Assembly: GCA_965263275.1 (NCBI GenBank)
Contig: OZ253668.1
Span: 388,486-452,485, forward strand
DNA length: 64,000 bases
Reading direction: 5' to 3'
Origin: Thermodesulfobacteriota bacterium
GTDB lineage: Bacteria; Desulfobacterota_D; UBA1144; Nemesobacterales; Nemesobacteraceae
The position numbers and the translations under genes were made by a program. Shown here piece by piece: positions 48,014 through 58,494 of this stretch. A model generated the notes under the pieces. It worked only from the letters and a program-made list of their open reading frames with translations, was not told where the DNA came from and made no database searches. How positions within the stretch are numbered: position 1 is the stretch's first letter; the number at the start of each line of letters is the position of its first letter.

Positions 48014-48156
48014 GGAGAACCCCAACGCCTCTGTCTTGCCGACGAGGCGGATTTCCCGTTTATCAAGGTCGCCCGGTTTTTCCGTAGCCGCTTCTTTAGA
48101 TTTGCGATTATAAAGCATATAATAAGATTTCATTAAAGTTTTTTGAAGAAACACGG

Positions 48157-49452
48157 ATGTTTCTTTCAAACGATGAATCGGAGACCTTTGACTCGATGAG
48201 CCCGGCGGAGTTAATCAGCGGTATCGCGGAGAATTCAAGAAAAGCCTCAAGAACTCTGGCCACCGCCCCGTCTTCCCAGAAAAACGACTTCCTTCTGCGC
48301 TTCGCGGAAGCTCTGGTGAGGGAAACCGACAATCTGCTCTCGGAAAACGCAAAGGATGTTTCCGACGCCGAAGAAAAAGGTCTTTCCTCTGCCCTTGTGG
48401 ACCGCCTGAGTCTTAACCCTTCAAGGATAAATGCCCTGGCCGACGGGTTGCGGGAAGTATCGCGGCTTGATGACCCGGTGGGCAAGATATCGGGAAAATG
48501 GGAAAGGCCGAACGGAATTTCCGTTGAGAAAAAAAGGATCCCCCTTGGCGTTATAGGAATCATTTACGAATCAAGGCCCGGGGTGACGGCCGATGCCGCG
48601 GGGCTCTGCGTTAAATCGGGCAATTGCGTAATCCTCCGGGGTGGTTCTGAAACGATAAGATCCAACCTGGCCATCTCCCGGCTGATGGCCGATTCCCTTT
48701 CCCGAAGCGGTCTTCCGCCCTATGCGGCCCAGGTTGTTCCGGTTGCCGACAGGGAAGTCGTGACCGAGATGCTGAAACTAGAAGACAAAATAGATCTCAT
48801 TATCCCAAGGGGAGGGGAAGGCCTTATACGCTTTGTAGTGCAGAACTCCCGGATCCCTGTGCTTAAGCACTACAAGGGGGTCTGCCATGTTTACGTGGAT
48901 CGCCACGCCGATCTCAAGATGGCCGGGGAAATCTGCCGAAACGCGAAGGTCCAGAGACCGGGGGTCTGCAACTCGATGGAGACCATGCTGGTGCACTCTT
49001 CGGTGGCTCGTGATTTTCTTCCAGACGCAATAAAAAGACTGGAATCAGAGGGGGTTAGCATAAAGGGCTGTGAGAACACAAGGAAACTCCTTCCCCATGT
49101 GGCCCCGGCGACAGGGGAGGACTGGTATGAGGAGTATCTTGACCTTGTCTTAAACGTAAGGATCGTTCCCACGATTGATGAGGCTATAGACCATATACAG
49201 ACTTACGGCTCCATGCACACAGACGCCATAGTCACGGAGGACGCCGAGAGCTCCGAGAAATTCGTAAAAGAAGTGGATTCCTCCGCGGTCATGGTCAATA
49301 CGTCAACCAGGTTCAATGACGGCTTCGAGCTGGGCCTCGGCGCCGAAATCGGCATAAGCACTTCGAAACTGCACGCGTTCGGTCCCATGGGGCTTGAGGA
49401 ACTGACGACTTCCAAGTTCGTGGTAAGGGGTAACGGTCAGGTAAGAAGCTGA
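48157..49452 (+). CDS. proA: Gamma-glutamyl phosphate reductase
   Basis: 431 aa with an aldehyde-dehydrogenase-like fold and the conserved [12 protein letters not shown] block. Confidence 0.85.
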   Translation: MFLSNDESETFDSMSPAELISGIAENSRKASRTLATAPSSQKNDFLLRFAEALVRETDNLLSENAKDVSDAEEKGLSSALVDRLSLNPSRINALADGLREVSRLDDPVGKISGKWERPNGISVEKKRIPLGVIGIIYESRPGVTADAAGLCVKSGNCVILRGGSETIRSNLAISRLMADSLSRSGLPPYAAQVVPVADREVVTEMLKLEDKIDLIIPRGGEGLIRFVVQNSRIPVLKHYKGVCHVYVDRHADLKMAGEICRNAKVQRPGVCNSMETMLVHSSVARDFLPDAIKRLESEGVSIKGCENTRKLLPHVAPATGEDWYEEYLDLVLNVRIVPTIDEAIDHIQTYGSMHTDAIVTEDAESSEKFVKEVDSSAVMVNTSTRFNDGFELGLGAEIGISTSKLHAFGPMGLEELTTSKFVVRGNGQVRS

Positions 49453-49513
49453 ACCCGGGGGCGGCTCGGGGGAATTTTCGCGGAGCGCCCCGCTCCTGCG
49501 AAGACGCAACGGG

Positions 49514-51205
49514 GTGCTGGAAAAACATATGCTTGTTGAGCTCAGGCTTAAAAATTTCGCCATAATAGACGATATTTCCATTAATTTCGGGGGCAACCTG
49601 AACATAATTACCGGGGAGACGGGCACGGGGAAATCCCTGATCGTTGACGCGATAAACATAATCCTCGGCGACAGGTTTACCGCGGACCACGTTAAATCAA
49701 CCGGAACGCAGACATCCATAGAAGCGCTTTTCGAAGTTCCCGGGGATTGCGGTATCGGTGAGAAGCTCGAGCGGTTAGGCATCGGAGATTTTGAGGGGGA
49801 GCTTCTCATAAAAAGGGTCCTCAATCCGGGCGGGAAGAACAGGGTATACATAAACGGTTCGATAGCGACGCTCGGGACGCTTTCAGGGGTAACCGACGGA
49901 CTCGTTAACATGTTCGGTCAGCATGAACACCAGAGTCTCCTTAAGAAAAACAATTATTTAAGTTATTTAGACACCTTTTCTCAACTTGAACATGAACTCT
50001 CCCGATACAAGGCCGCATACGCCGAACTTGTGCGTGCGGAGAATGAACTTGAGGTTCTTAGAAAAAAAGAGCGTGAGGGGGCGGAGAAAGAGGATTATCT
50101 GAGGTTCCAGGCGGAGGAGATAAAAAAGGTCTCCCCGGCGCCGGATGAGGATTCCGAGCTTGAAACGGAGAAAATCAGGCTTGAGAACTCCGAGAGATTT
50201 TCATCTTCGCTCGGCAACGCGACCGGGCTTGTGTACGAGGGAGAGAGTTCGGCGATAGGTTTTCTGAAACAGGCCCTCTCGCATCTTGAGAAGGTTTCTG
50301 ACCTTGATTCCTCTCTCCGGGAGCTTCGCGACAGAATAGCGTCCATACTGATAGAAACAGAAGATGTTTTCTACGGTCTGAGCGAGTTCGCGGGGAAAAT
50401 CGAACACAATCCCCAAAGGCTTGAAGAGGTGCTCTCTAGGCTTGAGGAGATAGGGAGGCTTAAGAGAAAACACGGGGATTCAATCGAGGAAATAATAAAA
50501 AAGCAGCAGCAGATCGAATCCGAGCTCGAAGGACTTGAGAACTCGGCTGAGATGATGGGAGAAATAGAGCGCAGAAGGGATTTGCTGAAAGAAGAGGTCG
50601 CCGCCGCCGCATCTTCCATATCGGCCGCAAGAAAAGCGGGAGCGAAGCAGCTTCAGGATCTTTTCTGTGAGCAGGCCGAATCGGTGGGGCTTAAAAACGC
50701 GCGTTTCGAGCTGGAATTTACGGAAAAGAAGCTCTCAGCGGACGGCAGAGACAGCGTACAGTATCTTTTCTCCGCCAACCCGGGCCAGGCCCCCAGGCCC
50801 GTTAACAGAGTCGCTTCCGGAGGGGAACTCTCAAGAATAATGCTTTTGCTTAAAAGTTTTGTGTCCACCGGCGATGCTGGCTCGATTTTCATATTTGACG
50901 AAGTGGATGCCGGAATAGGGGGAGTCGTGGCTGAGAGCATAGGGAAGAAAATAAAAAATCTCTCGGATGAAAGCCAGGTCGTGTGCATAACGCATCTCCC
51001 TCAGGTCGCGAAATTCGCGAACACCCACCTGCTTGTGGCAAAGGAGTTCAGCGAGGGCGAAACGGATGTCTCGGTTGATGCTCTCAGTGAAGAGGAGAGA
51101 GTAATGGAAATCGGCAGGATGCTTGCCGGGAAAAGCGTGTCTGAAAAGACTTTTGAAGTTGCTCGCGAGCTCATAAAAAAAGCCAGTCGTGGTGCTCTCT
51201 CGTAA
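49514..51205 (+). CDS. recN: DNA repair protein RecN
   Basis: Walker A ITGETGTGKSL, long coiled coil, and C-terminal signature/Walker B (IFIFDEVDAGIGG). 563 aa. Confidence 0.9.
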   Translation: MLEKHMLVELRLKNFAIIDDISINFGGNLNIITGETGTGKSLIVDAINIILGDRFTADHVKSTGTQTSIEALFEVPGDCGIGEKLERLGIGDFEGELLIKRVLNPGGKNRVYINGSIATLGTLSGVTDGLVNMFGQHEHQSLLKKNNYLSYLDTFSQLEHELSRYKAAYAELVRAENELEVLRKKEREGAEKEDYLRFQAEEIKKVSPAPDEDSELETEKIRLENSERFSSSLGNATGLVYEGESSAIGFLKQALSHLEKVSDLDSSLRELRDRIASILIETEDVFYGLSEFAGKIEHNPQRLEEVLSRLEEIGRLKRKHGDSIEEIIKKQQQIESELEGLENSAEMMGEIERRRDLLKEEVAAAASSISAARKAGAKQLQDLFCEQAESVGLKNARFELEFTEKKLSADGRDSVQYLFSANPGQAPRPVNRVASGGELSRIMLLLKSFVSTGDAGSIFIFDEVDAGIGGVVAESIGKKIKNLSDESQVVCITHLPQVAKFANTHLLVAKEFSEGETDVSVDALSEEERVMEIGRMLAGKSVSEKTFEVARELIKKASRGALS

Positions 51206-51471
51206 AGAGGTTCCGTATTCTCATTGCTCGAAAACCCTTCATGGTTGTCGAAATATGCTATATGAAATCCAAGTATGTCGAATTCCCATATATTTTTTTC
51301 TTTAATGTCGAAAACCGTTCATGTGGCTTGGACTGTGAATCGGGTTCAAGAAATCCTGTAAATAAGGAATTTCAACTTTGGAAAAGATATCAGACCGCAG
51401 TCGATTCAGGTGAAATCCAGAATCTGACCCCCGCAAAACTCTCCTGCTTTACGTCTTATGAGAAATGCAGG

Positions 51472-52035
51472 CTAACCGAGCGCTTTTGCCTCATACGAGC
51501 AGAAAACCACCGCGGTGAGAACCGTTGTCCAGAGTCCGTTTTTATCTCCTACGGCCGTCTGCGTTATGTTTCTGCTTTTTACCTTGTGCCCGCTTATCTC
51601 CCATATGTCTTTCTGCTCGTCATAACTTTTATCGGGGTCAAAGGGAGCGTTAAGGGTGGTGGCGAGCATGTAGGCGGCAAGATCCTCTGCGTATTCTCCC
51701 GCTAGGGTCTCTTTCTGCCCGTAGCTGTGGTGTTCCGAAATGTATCCGTAGTGTGTCTTGTCCTTGGGGATCGCGAGGCCGGTTGACGCGGCAATGAGCC
51801 TGCTGGGCTCGTTTGTGGAATTCTCGCTCATTACCACAAACGCTATCTGTCCGGGGGAGAGCATGGTGAGCCCCTGCTTTCTGGTTACGAGCTGGCAGCC
51901 TGGGGGGAATATGCTTGAAACCTTGACCAAGTTGAACTGGGCGATGCCGGCATCTCTTAGGGCAAGCTCAAAACTTGAGAGCTTTTCTTTGTGTTTACCT
52001 ACGCCTTTTGTGACAAAAGCTTTTGTCGGGGTCAA
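51472..52035 (-). CDS. pdaD: Pyruvoyl-dependent arginine decarboxylase
   Basis: [39 protein letters not shown] matches the PdaD family, including the Ser-Ser self-cleavage region. ~180 aa. Confidence 0.75.
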   Translation of the reverse strand: MTPTKAFVTKGVGKHKEKLSSFELALRDAGIAQFNLVKVSSIFPPGCQLVTRKQGLTMLSPGQIAFVVMSENSTNEPSRLIAASTGLAIPKDKTHYGYISEHHSYGQKETLAGEYAEDLAAYMLATTLNAPFDPDKSYDEQKDIWEISGHKVKSRNITQTAVGDKNGLWTTVLTAVVFCSYEAKALG

Positions 52036-52107
52036 CCCACCGCTCCTTGTAAATCTGCATTCAAGTTATATTTACCGGGTAACTTTGTCAAACGAGGGTT
52101 AACCGAG

Positions 52108-52944
52108 ATGAGATTCGGAGCACATGTTTCAATAGCGGGCGGGATTGAAAACGCACCGCTTAGGGCGAGACAGCTTGGATGCGAATGCTTTCAGATGTTC
52201 ACCCGTTCCCCGAGGGGTGGAAAGCCCCCTGCGCTTGAAGAGCGCCTGCTTGAGGCCTTTTTTCTTAACTGCTCCGAGGCCGCTATAAGCGATTACTACG
52301 TTCACACTCCTTATTTCATAAACCTGGCTTCCGGGAAAGAGGATCTCAGGAAAAAAAGCGTGGCTCTGGTAAGGGAAGAGCTTGAAAGATCAAGTGCCCT
52401 CGGGGTGAAATACATGATGACCCATATAGGAAGTGCGAAAGGGATGGAAAGGGACGTTGCGATAAGCAACGTGGTCGACTCCGTTCTCCGGATCCTCGAG
52501 GATTATCAGGGCGTAACGCAGCTTCTGCTTGAGAACACAGCCGGCCAGGGAGAGACTATAGGAGTGAGTTTCGAGGAGATCTCGCTCATACTGGAGCGCG
52601 CGGCATGTGACGGTCTTGGAGTCTGTATAGATACCGCCCACATGTTTGCCTCAGGGTACGATATAAGGACCTTCGAGGGGGTAGGGGAGCTGGTAGGAAG
52701 CATCAACGCCGTATTTGCTCCCGAAACGGTGAAACTGGTTCACGCGAACGATTCCAAAGTTGGATTTAATTCTCACAAGGACCGCCATGAGCATCTCGGG
52801 CAGGGAGAGATAGGAATCGACTGCTTTCGGGCGATGATCGAGAACCCGTTTTTCGAGAATATTGACATGATAGTGGAGATGCCACCTTCCGAGGTGGCAA
52901 AAGACATCGAACTTCTTAAAAAACTAAGAGACGCGGGCCTCTGA
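52108..52944 (+). CDS. nfo: Endonuclease IV (AP endonuclease, TIM barrel)
   Basis: MRFGAHVSIAGGI...; HxxYxxN-type motifs (MMTHIGS, IDTAHMFASGYD, ENPFFE). Confidence 0.85.
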   Translation: MRFGAHVSIAGGIENAPLRARQLGCECFQMFTRSPRGGKPPALEERLLEAFFLNCSEAAISDYYVHTPYFINLASGKEDLRKKSVALVREELERSSALGVKYMMTHIGSAKGMERDVAISNVVDSVLRILEDYQGVTQLLLENTAGQGETIGVSFEEISLILERAACDGLGVCIDTAHMFASGYDIRTFEGVGELVGSINAVFAPETVKLVHANDSKVGFNSHKDRHEHLGQGEIGIDCFRAMIENPFFENIDMIVEMPPSEVAKDIELLKKLRDAGL

Positions 52945-52946
52945 TT

Positions 52947-53666
52947 TCAGGGCGAGAGCGAAAAGCCACTTTTCCCCGTCTTCAAACCGTCAACATAGAT
53001 ATTGTTTTCCCCGTCAATAGCGACCCTACCGTTTGCGATCAGATCATGGACTGCGAAGGGAAACAATTTCCATTCGCCCTGTTCTCTGATTTTCTCCTCC
53101 ATCGCCGCCACGTCCCCGGTACCGAAGCCCTCAAGGGATATGTCGGCCGACTGGGCTATCACGGTTCCGAACCTTGTTTCGGGGTCGTTTTCAAGATAGA
53201 CGGTGCATCTTATGGCTTCTTCCCCGTTTTCTATCGCCTGGATGCATGCGCTTTTGCCTCTTGCGAGGTAGTCTCTGGTCGTGTCCCCGGGATAGAGGTT
53301 TATGATCCTGTTTGCGAACCTATCGGTGAACAGGCGGCTGAGCTTTCTCCTGTAACCCGCCAGCACCACAAGATCGGGTTCAAAAAGCTCTTCAATAAGC
53401 GAAATCACGGCCGAATCGTAAAGAATTCGTCCGCCTTCGTCGGAAGGGTGTTCTCCCAGGGTGGCAAAGAAACTCTCAGAACTTATCGAAGAGGTTTTGA
53501 TTTTGAGTGTTTCCGCTTTCCTGAGAACCGCTGCCTCGGGGCTGTTTGAAAAGACATGCTCTATGGCTCCGTAGTTTCCTCCGCCGTCCTGTTCGAGTTC
53601 AATCTGTCTTGAATATATTTTCTCGAAGTTTGTTCCTCTGCCCGAGGCAAGCGCAAGAATTCTCAT
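52947..53666 (-). CDS. Formyl-transferase family protein (PurN-like, catalytic His substituted)
   Basis: MRILALASGRGTNFEKI, VVLAGYRR and NLYPGD (the canonical NxHPSLLP with His replaced by Tyr), plus a C-terminal extension. Confidence 0.5.
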   Translation of the reverse strand: MRILALASGRGTNFEKIYSRQIELEQDGGGNYGAIEHVFSNSPEAAVLRKAETLKIKTSSISSESFFATLGEHPSDEGGRILYDSAVISLIEELFEPDLVVLAGYRRKLSRLFTDRFANRIINLYPGDTTRDYLARGKSACIQAIENGEEAIRCTVYLENDPETRFGTVIAQSADISLEGFGTGDVAAMEEKIREQGEWKLFPFAVHDLIANGRVAIDGENNIYVDGLKTGKSGFSLSP

Positions 53667-53756
53667 TGGGCGGTGGGTATCAGCGTAGAGCGGCGTTATT
53701 TGCATTGATTCTCCTATCATTTAATTTTATGCGATTCCACGCAAGGGTAACGCAGG

Positions 53757-54638
53757 ATGAAGGAAAAAAGAAACCTGATCACGAGAATCGCGACCGCCGT
53801 AGTGGCGGTGCCGATACTTCTTCTTATATTCTACCTTGGGGGAGTGTACTATCTCGCTTTTATGTGTCTGCTTGCGGGTCTGTGCTCCTTTGAGTTTTTC
53901 GCGCTTGCGGGCCCCGATATCCGGAAGTCGAGAAAAACTTATATCACGGCTATTTCCCTGCTTCTGATCATAAGCGCGTTTTTCGATTTCGTGCTTATGA
54001 GTCTTTTTTTCACCCTCCTGATATTTCTTTCCATAATACTCGAATTCCGCAAAAAAGAGTTCAGCGACTGCCTGAAAGACCTAGGCATGACTCTTCTGCC
54101 CCTTATATATTTCGGCTGGATGCTGGCCCACGGTGTGCTGTTAAGAAATATCTCGGATAACACAAGCCTGGGGAGTTACGGTTTCCCTGATCGGGGTTTC
54201 GAGGATATAGGCTTTTTCCTTGTGGTGCTTGCTGTTTCCTGCACCTTTCTTAACGATGCCGGGGCATATTTCTTCGGGAAAAGTTTCGGGAGAAAGAAAC
54301 TTGCCCGCCACATAAGCTCAGGCAAGACCATTGCGGGGCTAATAGGCGGGTTCTTTGTTTCAGTCGTAGGCGCCTTCGTGGTGAATCTCATATTCAACAG
54401 CCCTCTTTCCATGACTTGGGTAGTTGTTTACGCGGTAATAATAGTCGGGGCCGCGGTTGCGGGCGATCTTTTCGAATCCACCATAAAAAGGGGGGCGGGG
54501 GTAAAGGACTCAGGTTCTCTGATCCCCGGACACGGCGGGGTGCTTGACAGGTTCGATAGCCTGATATTCGTTTTCCCCTGTACATATTACGCTTCTCTGA
54601 TTTTCTATCGCCTAAGCGAGACAGGCGCTGCTATATAG
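53757..54638 (+). CDS. cdsA: Phosphatidate cytidylyltransferase
   Basis: Multi-TM protein with the C-terminal signature SxxKRxxGVKDSGxLIPGHGGVLDRFDS. Confidence 0.9.
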   Translation: MKEKRNLITRIATAVVAVPILLLIFYLGGVYYLAFMCLLAGLCSFEFFALAGPDIRKSRKTYITAISLLLIISAFFDFVLMSLFFTLLIFLSIILEFRKKEFSDCLKDLGMTLLPLIYFGWMLAHGVLLRNISDNTSLGSYGFPDRGFEDIGFFLVVLAVSCTFLNDAGAYFFGKSFGRKKLARHISSGKTIAGLIGGFFVSVVGAFVVNLIFNSPLSMTWVVVYAVIIVGAAVAGDLFESTIKRGAGVKDSGSLIPGHGGVLDRFDSLIFVFPCTYYASLIFYRLSETGAAI

Positions 54639-54640
54639 GG

Positions 54641-55138
54641 GTGAAGATGGAAATATCGATAGTGGACAGGGAGGAGTTCATTGACGGCCCTGCCAGGGAA
54701 GAACTGGTCCGTCTGGTCGAAAAAGTACTCGTATACCTTGATCTCTCCGCCCGAAGCGAGCTCTGTGTCTCGCTTGTAAACGACAAGGATATGAGGGAAC
54801 TTAACCAGCAGTACAGACAGATTGACAGGGCTACCGATGTGCTCAGTTTTCCGCAGAAAAGCGAAGCAACCCCCGATCTTCTAGGTGATATAGTGATATC
54901 CTACCAGACGGCCGTCCGTCACTCCCGAAGGCTTGAGATCACGGTTGAAGAGGAGTTGCGCCTGCTTGTGGTTCACGCGGTTCTGCACCTGCTCGGGTTC
55001 GATCACAAAAAGAAAAAGCAAAGAGAGGCGATGCGCGAAAAAGAAAAAGAAGTGCTTGACTATCTGGCTAAGGCGGCTCGTCTTGGTACCATGTCCCTTG
55101 GAGAACAGAAAAGCGAACATAACCGTTCTAAATCCTGA
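54641..55138 (+). CDS. ybeY: rRNA maturation endoribonuclease YbeY
   Basis: HAVLHLLGFDH zinc-binding motif. Confidence 0.9.
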   Translation: MKMEISIVDREEFIDGPAREELVRLVEKVLVYLDLSARSELCVSLVNDKDMRELNQQYRQIDRATDVLSFPQKSEATPDLLGDIVISYQTAVRHSRRLEITVEEELRLLVVHAVLHLLGFDHKKKKQREAMREKEKEVLDYLAKAARLGTMSLGEQKSEHNRSKS

Positions 55139-55173
55139 GAATTTATCTTAAAACCCAAAGAAGGGAGAAAGCA

Positions 55174-55491
55174 ATGGCATTAACGCGTAATTTCAGGGAG
55201 ATCTTAAAGGAGCGCGCGATGAGAGACCCCGAGTTCCGCATCGGACTTCTGACCGAAGCGATTGAGTGTGTGCTCAATGATGAAATCAACGTGGCGAAAG
55301 TATTGCTGCGAGACTACGTTAACGCGACAGTCGGTTTTCAGGAGCTTGGAATTCTTACGCAAAAAGACCCGAAGAGCCTGATGCGCATGCTCAGTCCGAG
55401 AGGAAACCCGAGTCTCAAGAATATTTCCTCTCTGCTCGCATCTTTAAAAGAACATGAGGGCGTCAAGCTTCACGTGCGGGCAGCTAGATAA
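55174..55491 (+). CDS. Orphan addiction-module antidote-like protein (HigA/TIGR02684-type HTH)
   Basis: 105 aa; ...GFQELGILTQKDPKSLMRMLSPRGNPSLKNISSLLASL... matches the 'probable antidote' family. No cognate killer gene upstream. Confidence 0.45.
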   Translation: MALTRNFREILKERAMRDPEFRIGLLTEAIECVLNDEINVAKVLLRDYVNATVGFQELGILTQKDPKSLMRMLSPRGNPSLKNISSLLASLKEHEGVKLHVRAAR

Positions 55492-55601
55492 TCAACACGG
55501 CCGCAGATTCACTATCTGACATTTAGATGGTTGCGTAGAGGCGTCTTTGATTTACAACAGGTGCTTAATTAGCTAGCCGAAGCGGGGTAGGCGCCTGTCG
55601 G

Positions 55602-56153
55602 TCATCCAGGTTCATCCAGGTCCTCTTTAATCTTCTCTATTTCCTTTACGGTAGGGAGATCCTTTAGATCTTTAAGGCCGAATGTCTCGAGAAAAAGATT
55701 GGAGGTTCTGTAGAGAAAAGGCTTTCCCGGAACTTCCTTTCTTCCGGCGATCTCAAGGAACCTTCTCTCAAGGAGCACGCTTACGCTGCTTGAGCAGTCA
55801 ACCCCTCTTATCTTTTCAACCTCGATTTTTGTGACGGGCTGCTTGTAGGCGACTATCGCGAGCACTTCGAGGGAAGCTTTTGAGAGCCTGAATTTTTTTA
55901 CTTCCTTGTTAAACTCGACTATGTACTGCGAATACTCGGAGCGGGTTCTGAACTGATATCCTCCTGCGACGCTGCTTAGGACGAAACTCCTTCCCATCTC
56001 TTCCCAGCGCTCTTGGAGTTCATCAAGAGCATCGTTTATCTCTTCTTTTTCGGCGTCTTTTAGAAAGCTGGAAATTTCCTGAATAGTTAAAGGGTTTTTC
56101 GAAACGAATATCAAGCATTCTATTATATTTGCAAGAGAACTTCTATCGTCCAT
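55602..56153 (-). CDS. scpB: Segregation and condensation protein B
   Basis: ScpB winged-helix pair (LEALLF-like ECLIFVS, GGYQF). Confidence 0.85.
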   Translation of the reverse strand: MDDRSSLANIIECLIFVSKNPLTIQEISSFLKDAEKEEINDALDELQERWEEMGRSFVLSSVAGGYQFRTRSEYSQYIVEFNKEVKKFRLSKASLEVLAIVAYKQPVTKIEVEKIRGVDCSSSVSVLLERRFLEIAGRKEVPGKPFLYRTSNLFLETFGLKDLKDLPTVKEIEKIKEDLDEPG

Positions 56154-56916
56154 TTTTCTCTCTCAGGATTATCTTTATCGGTTCTTCGAAGGTCGGCTGA
56201 AAGACATCCAGAATGCCGTCTTTCAGCAGCTCCAGTATGGAGAGAAAGGTTACCACGAGTTCCATGCGGTTTATATCCTCTCCGAAAAGGTCTTCGAAAA
56301 TAACCTCTTTTCTGCTTCTCATTATTTCTATCATCTGGCTTTTTCTTTCTTCAACTGTATATGTCTGCGGGGTCAGGGATATTTCTTCTATTTCCGATTT
56401 CTTTCTGCTCTCATATATATTTGAGAAGGCGTCTACCAGAGACCAGAGGTCGAATTTAACGAATTCCGTTTCTTCCGCAGGTTCTCCGAACACCTCCTTG
56501 CGGTCGTAACCCGCCAGGAAGACGTCTTTTCCGAGGATTTCCATCCCTCCAAGCTCCGCCGCCGCGTCTCTGTACCTTTCATACTCAAGCAGCTGCCTTA
56601 CAAGTTCCTCTCTGGGGTCCTGCCCCTCATCTTCATCCTCATCCTTTATTCTGGGAAGAAGCATCCGCGATTTTATGTACCCCAGTTCTGCCGCCATGGA
56701 CATGTAATCCCCGACGATCTCGAGGTTTACATCTTTTAAAAAGTCCAGATATTCAAGGTACTGCTTGATTATGAGCGCGATGGGTAGGTCGTAGATGTTC
56801 ACCTCATTTCTTTTTATGAGGTGAAGCAGCAGGTCAAGGGGTCCGTTGAATATATCAAGCTCTACGCTGTAGGCTGACTGCGGATCCTCCATTTCCCCGT
56901 TCCTCTCGGTAATCAC
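56143..56916 (-). CDS. scpA: Segregation and condensation protein A
   Basis: LDIFNGPLDLLLHLIKRNEVNIYDLPIA is the ScpA N-terminus. Confidence 0.85.
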   Translation of the reverse strand: MITERNGEMEDPQSAYSVELDIFNGPLDLLLHLIKRNEVNIYDLPIALIIKQYLEYLDFLKDVNLEIVGDYMSMAAELGYIKSRMLLPRIKDEDEDEGQDPREELVRQLLEYERYRDAAAELGGMEILGKDVFLAGYDRKEVFGEPAEETEFVKFDLWSLVDAFSNIYESRKKSEIEEISLTPQTYTVEERKSQMIEIMRSRKEVIFEDLFGEDINRMELVVTFLSILELLKDGILDVFQPTFEEPIKIILREKNGR

Positions 56917-57590
56917 GATGGATTCATTGCCCTTATGACGATCTCAAGTTCGCTGTAGTTAAAATTGCACAGCTTTATAAAGATAACCACCGGGACGCGT
57001 ATGAAGTAACCCAGGAAACTCCCGCCGAAAATAAAGATGGCGAAAAGAATGAATATTCCGTAAGTTTCAAACCTGGCGTACCTAAAGGCGAGGCTGTCGG
57101 GCAGCAGTCCGTAAAGTACCCGTGAGCCGTCAAGCGGCGGAATCGGGATCATGTTGAAAACGGCAAGCACTATCCCTATGTATATGAACCATACGAGCAT
57201 CCGCACGGCCACGTCGACTCCGCTTCCCGGGGGTATGCCCGCGGAGGCGAAGTTCTCGAATACGGCCTTTAGAATCACGGCCGCCGCAATAGCGGTCAGA
57301 ATGTTGGATACCGGACCCGCCAGCGCGACCAGGAGCATGTCTTTTTTCGGGTTCTTGAAGTTTCTCGGGTTCACGGGAACCGGTTTTGCCCATCCGAAAT
57401 GCACGATAAAAAGCAGCAGGGTTCCCAGGAGGTCGAGATGTACCAGCGGGTTAAGGGAGAGTCGTCCCTGATTTTTCGCGGTGTCGTCCCCGAGCCTGTA
57501 GGCCACAAGCGCGTGTGCGTACTCGTGTATGGTAAGGGAAAAAAGGATTACAGGAGCCAGTATTATGAGAAATCCGTAGTTCATATCCAT
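56913..57590 (-). CDS. Site-2 protease family (peptidase M50) membrane metalloprotease
   Basis: HEYAHALVA (HExxH) within a TM helix; multi-TM, 225 aa. Confidence 0.8.
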   Translation of the reverse strand: MDMNYGFLIILAPVILFSLTIHEYAHALVAYRLGDDTAKNQGRLSLNPLVHLDLLGTLLLFIVHFGWAKPVPVNPRNFKNPKKDMLLVALAGPVSNILTAIAAAVILKAVFENFASAGIPPGSGVDVAVRMLVWFIYIGIVLAVFNMIPIPPLDGSRVLYGLLPDSLAFRYARFETYGIFILFAIFIFGGSFLGYFIRVPVVIFIKLCNFNYSELEIVIRAMNPS

Positions 57591-57594
57591 TTGC

Positions 57595-58488
57595 TTAAGC
57601 CCTCGGGTGAGATTTTTTGTGTATGCGTTTCAGCCTTTCCTTTTCAACGTAAGTATATATCTGAGTCGTGGATATGTCAGAGTGGCCGAGCATGGCCTGT
57701 ATGGACCGAAGGTCGGCTCCCCGCTCAAGCAGATGCGTGGCGAAAGAGTGGCGAAGCACGTGAGGGGTTATATGGGAGTGGATGCCGGCGGCAAGCGCGT
57801 AGTCCTTTATGATGCGCCAGAAGCGCTGACGGCTCATCTTGGAGGCGGTTCTCGAGGTTACGAAAAGGTACTCCGAACTCCTGCCGCGAAGAAGTCTGGG
57901 TCTTGCGTCCGAAAGATAGTCCCTTGTTTTCCTGATCGCGGCGTTGCCTATGGGAACTATCCTTTCCTTGCTTCCCTTCCCGAGGGTGATAACGTAGCCA
58001 TGGTCAAGATTGACGCGGTTTAACTCAAGTGAGACCAGTTCGGATACCCTTACCCCCGTGGCGTAAAGAACTTCAAGCATCGCGCGATCCCTGAGCGCTT
58101 TTTCGGATTTGCCTTTTTCAGGTTCCAGAAGAAGCGTCTCGACCTCTGAGAGGGAAAGAGTGTGGGGTAGGGTTTTTGCGGGCTTGGGAGATACCGTGTT
58201 TCTCATGGGATCCTCGGTTATCACCTTCTCTGTAAGGAGGAACCTGAAAAACTGCTTTAAGGAGGCTATGTTTCTCGCTACGCTTCTCGGGGAGAGCTTT
58301 TTTTCCCTCAGGTGTTCAAAAAAGGCGGCGATTTCATGCTCGCTTACCGCAACGGGGTCTGATATCCCCTTTTTGCCGAGAAAAGCCGTGAGGGAGGATA
58401 TGTCCCTTGAGTAGGATTCAATGGTGTTTTTCGAAAGGCCCCTGTTCATCGTGAGGTATACAAGGAACGAATCGAGATGTTCATCCAT
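57595..58488 (-). CDS. xerD: Tyrosine recombinase XerD/XerC
   Basis: Catalytic R..HxxR..Y residues: ATGVRVSEL, HVLRHSFATHLLERGADLRSIQAMLGHSDISTTQIYTYV. Confidence 0.85.
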   Translation of the reverse strand: MDEHLDSFLVYLTMNRGLSKNTIESYSRDISSLTAFLGKKGISDPVAVSEHEIAAFFEHLREKKLSPRSVARNIASLKQFFRFLLTEKVITEDPMRNTVSPKPAKTLPHTLSLSEVETLLLEPEKGKSEKALRDRAMLEVLYATGVRVSELVSLELNRVNLDHGYVITLGKGSKERIVPIGNAAIRKTRDYLSDARPRLLRGRSSEYLFVTSRTASKMSRQRFWRIIKDYALAAGIHSHITPHVLRHSFATHLLERGADLRSIQAMLGHSDISTTQIYTYVEKERLKRIHKKSHPRA

Positions 58489-58494
58489 TTAATC

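Noticed and set aside
51241-51705. 154-aa ORF on the plus strand overlapping pdaD
   Set aside because: It is antisense to the well-conserved PdaD frame and runs through the repeat-rich intergenic region. No RBS is present.
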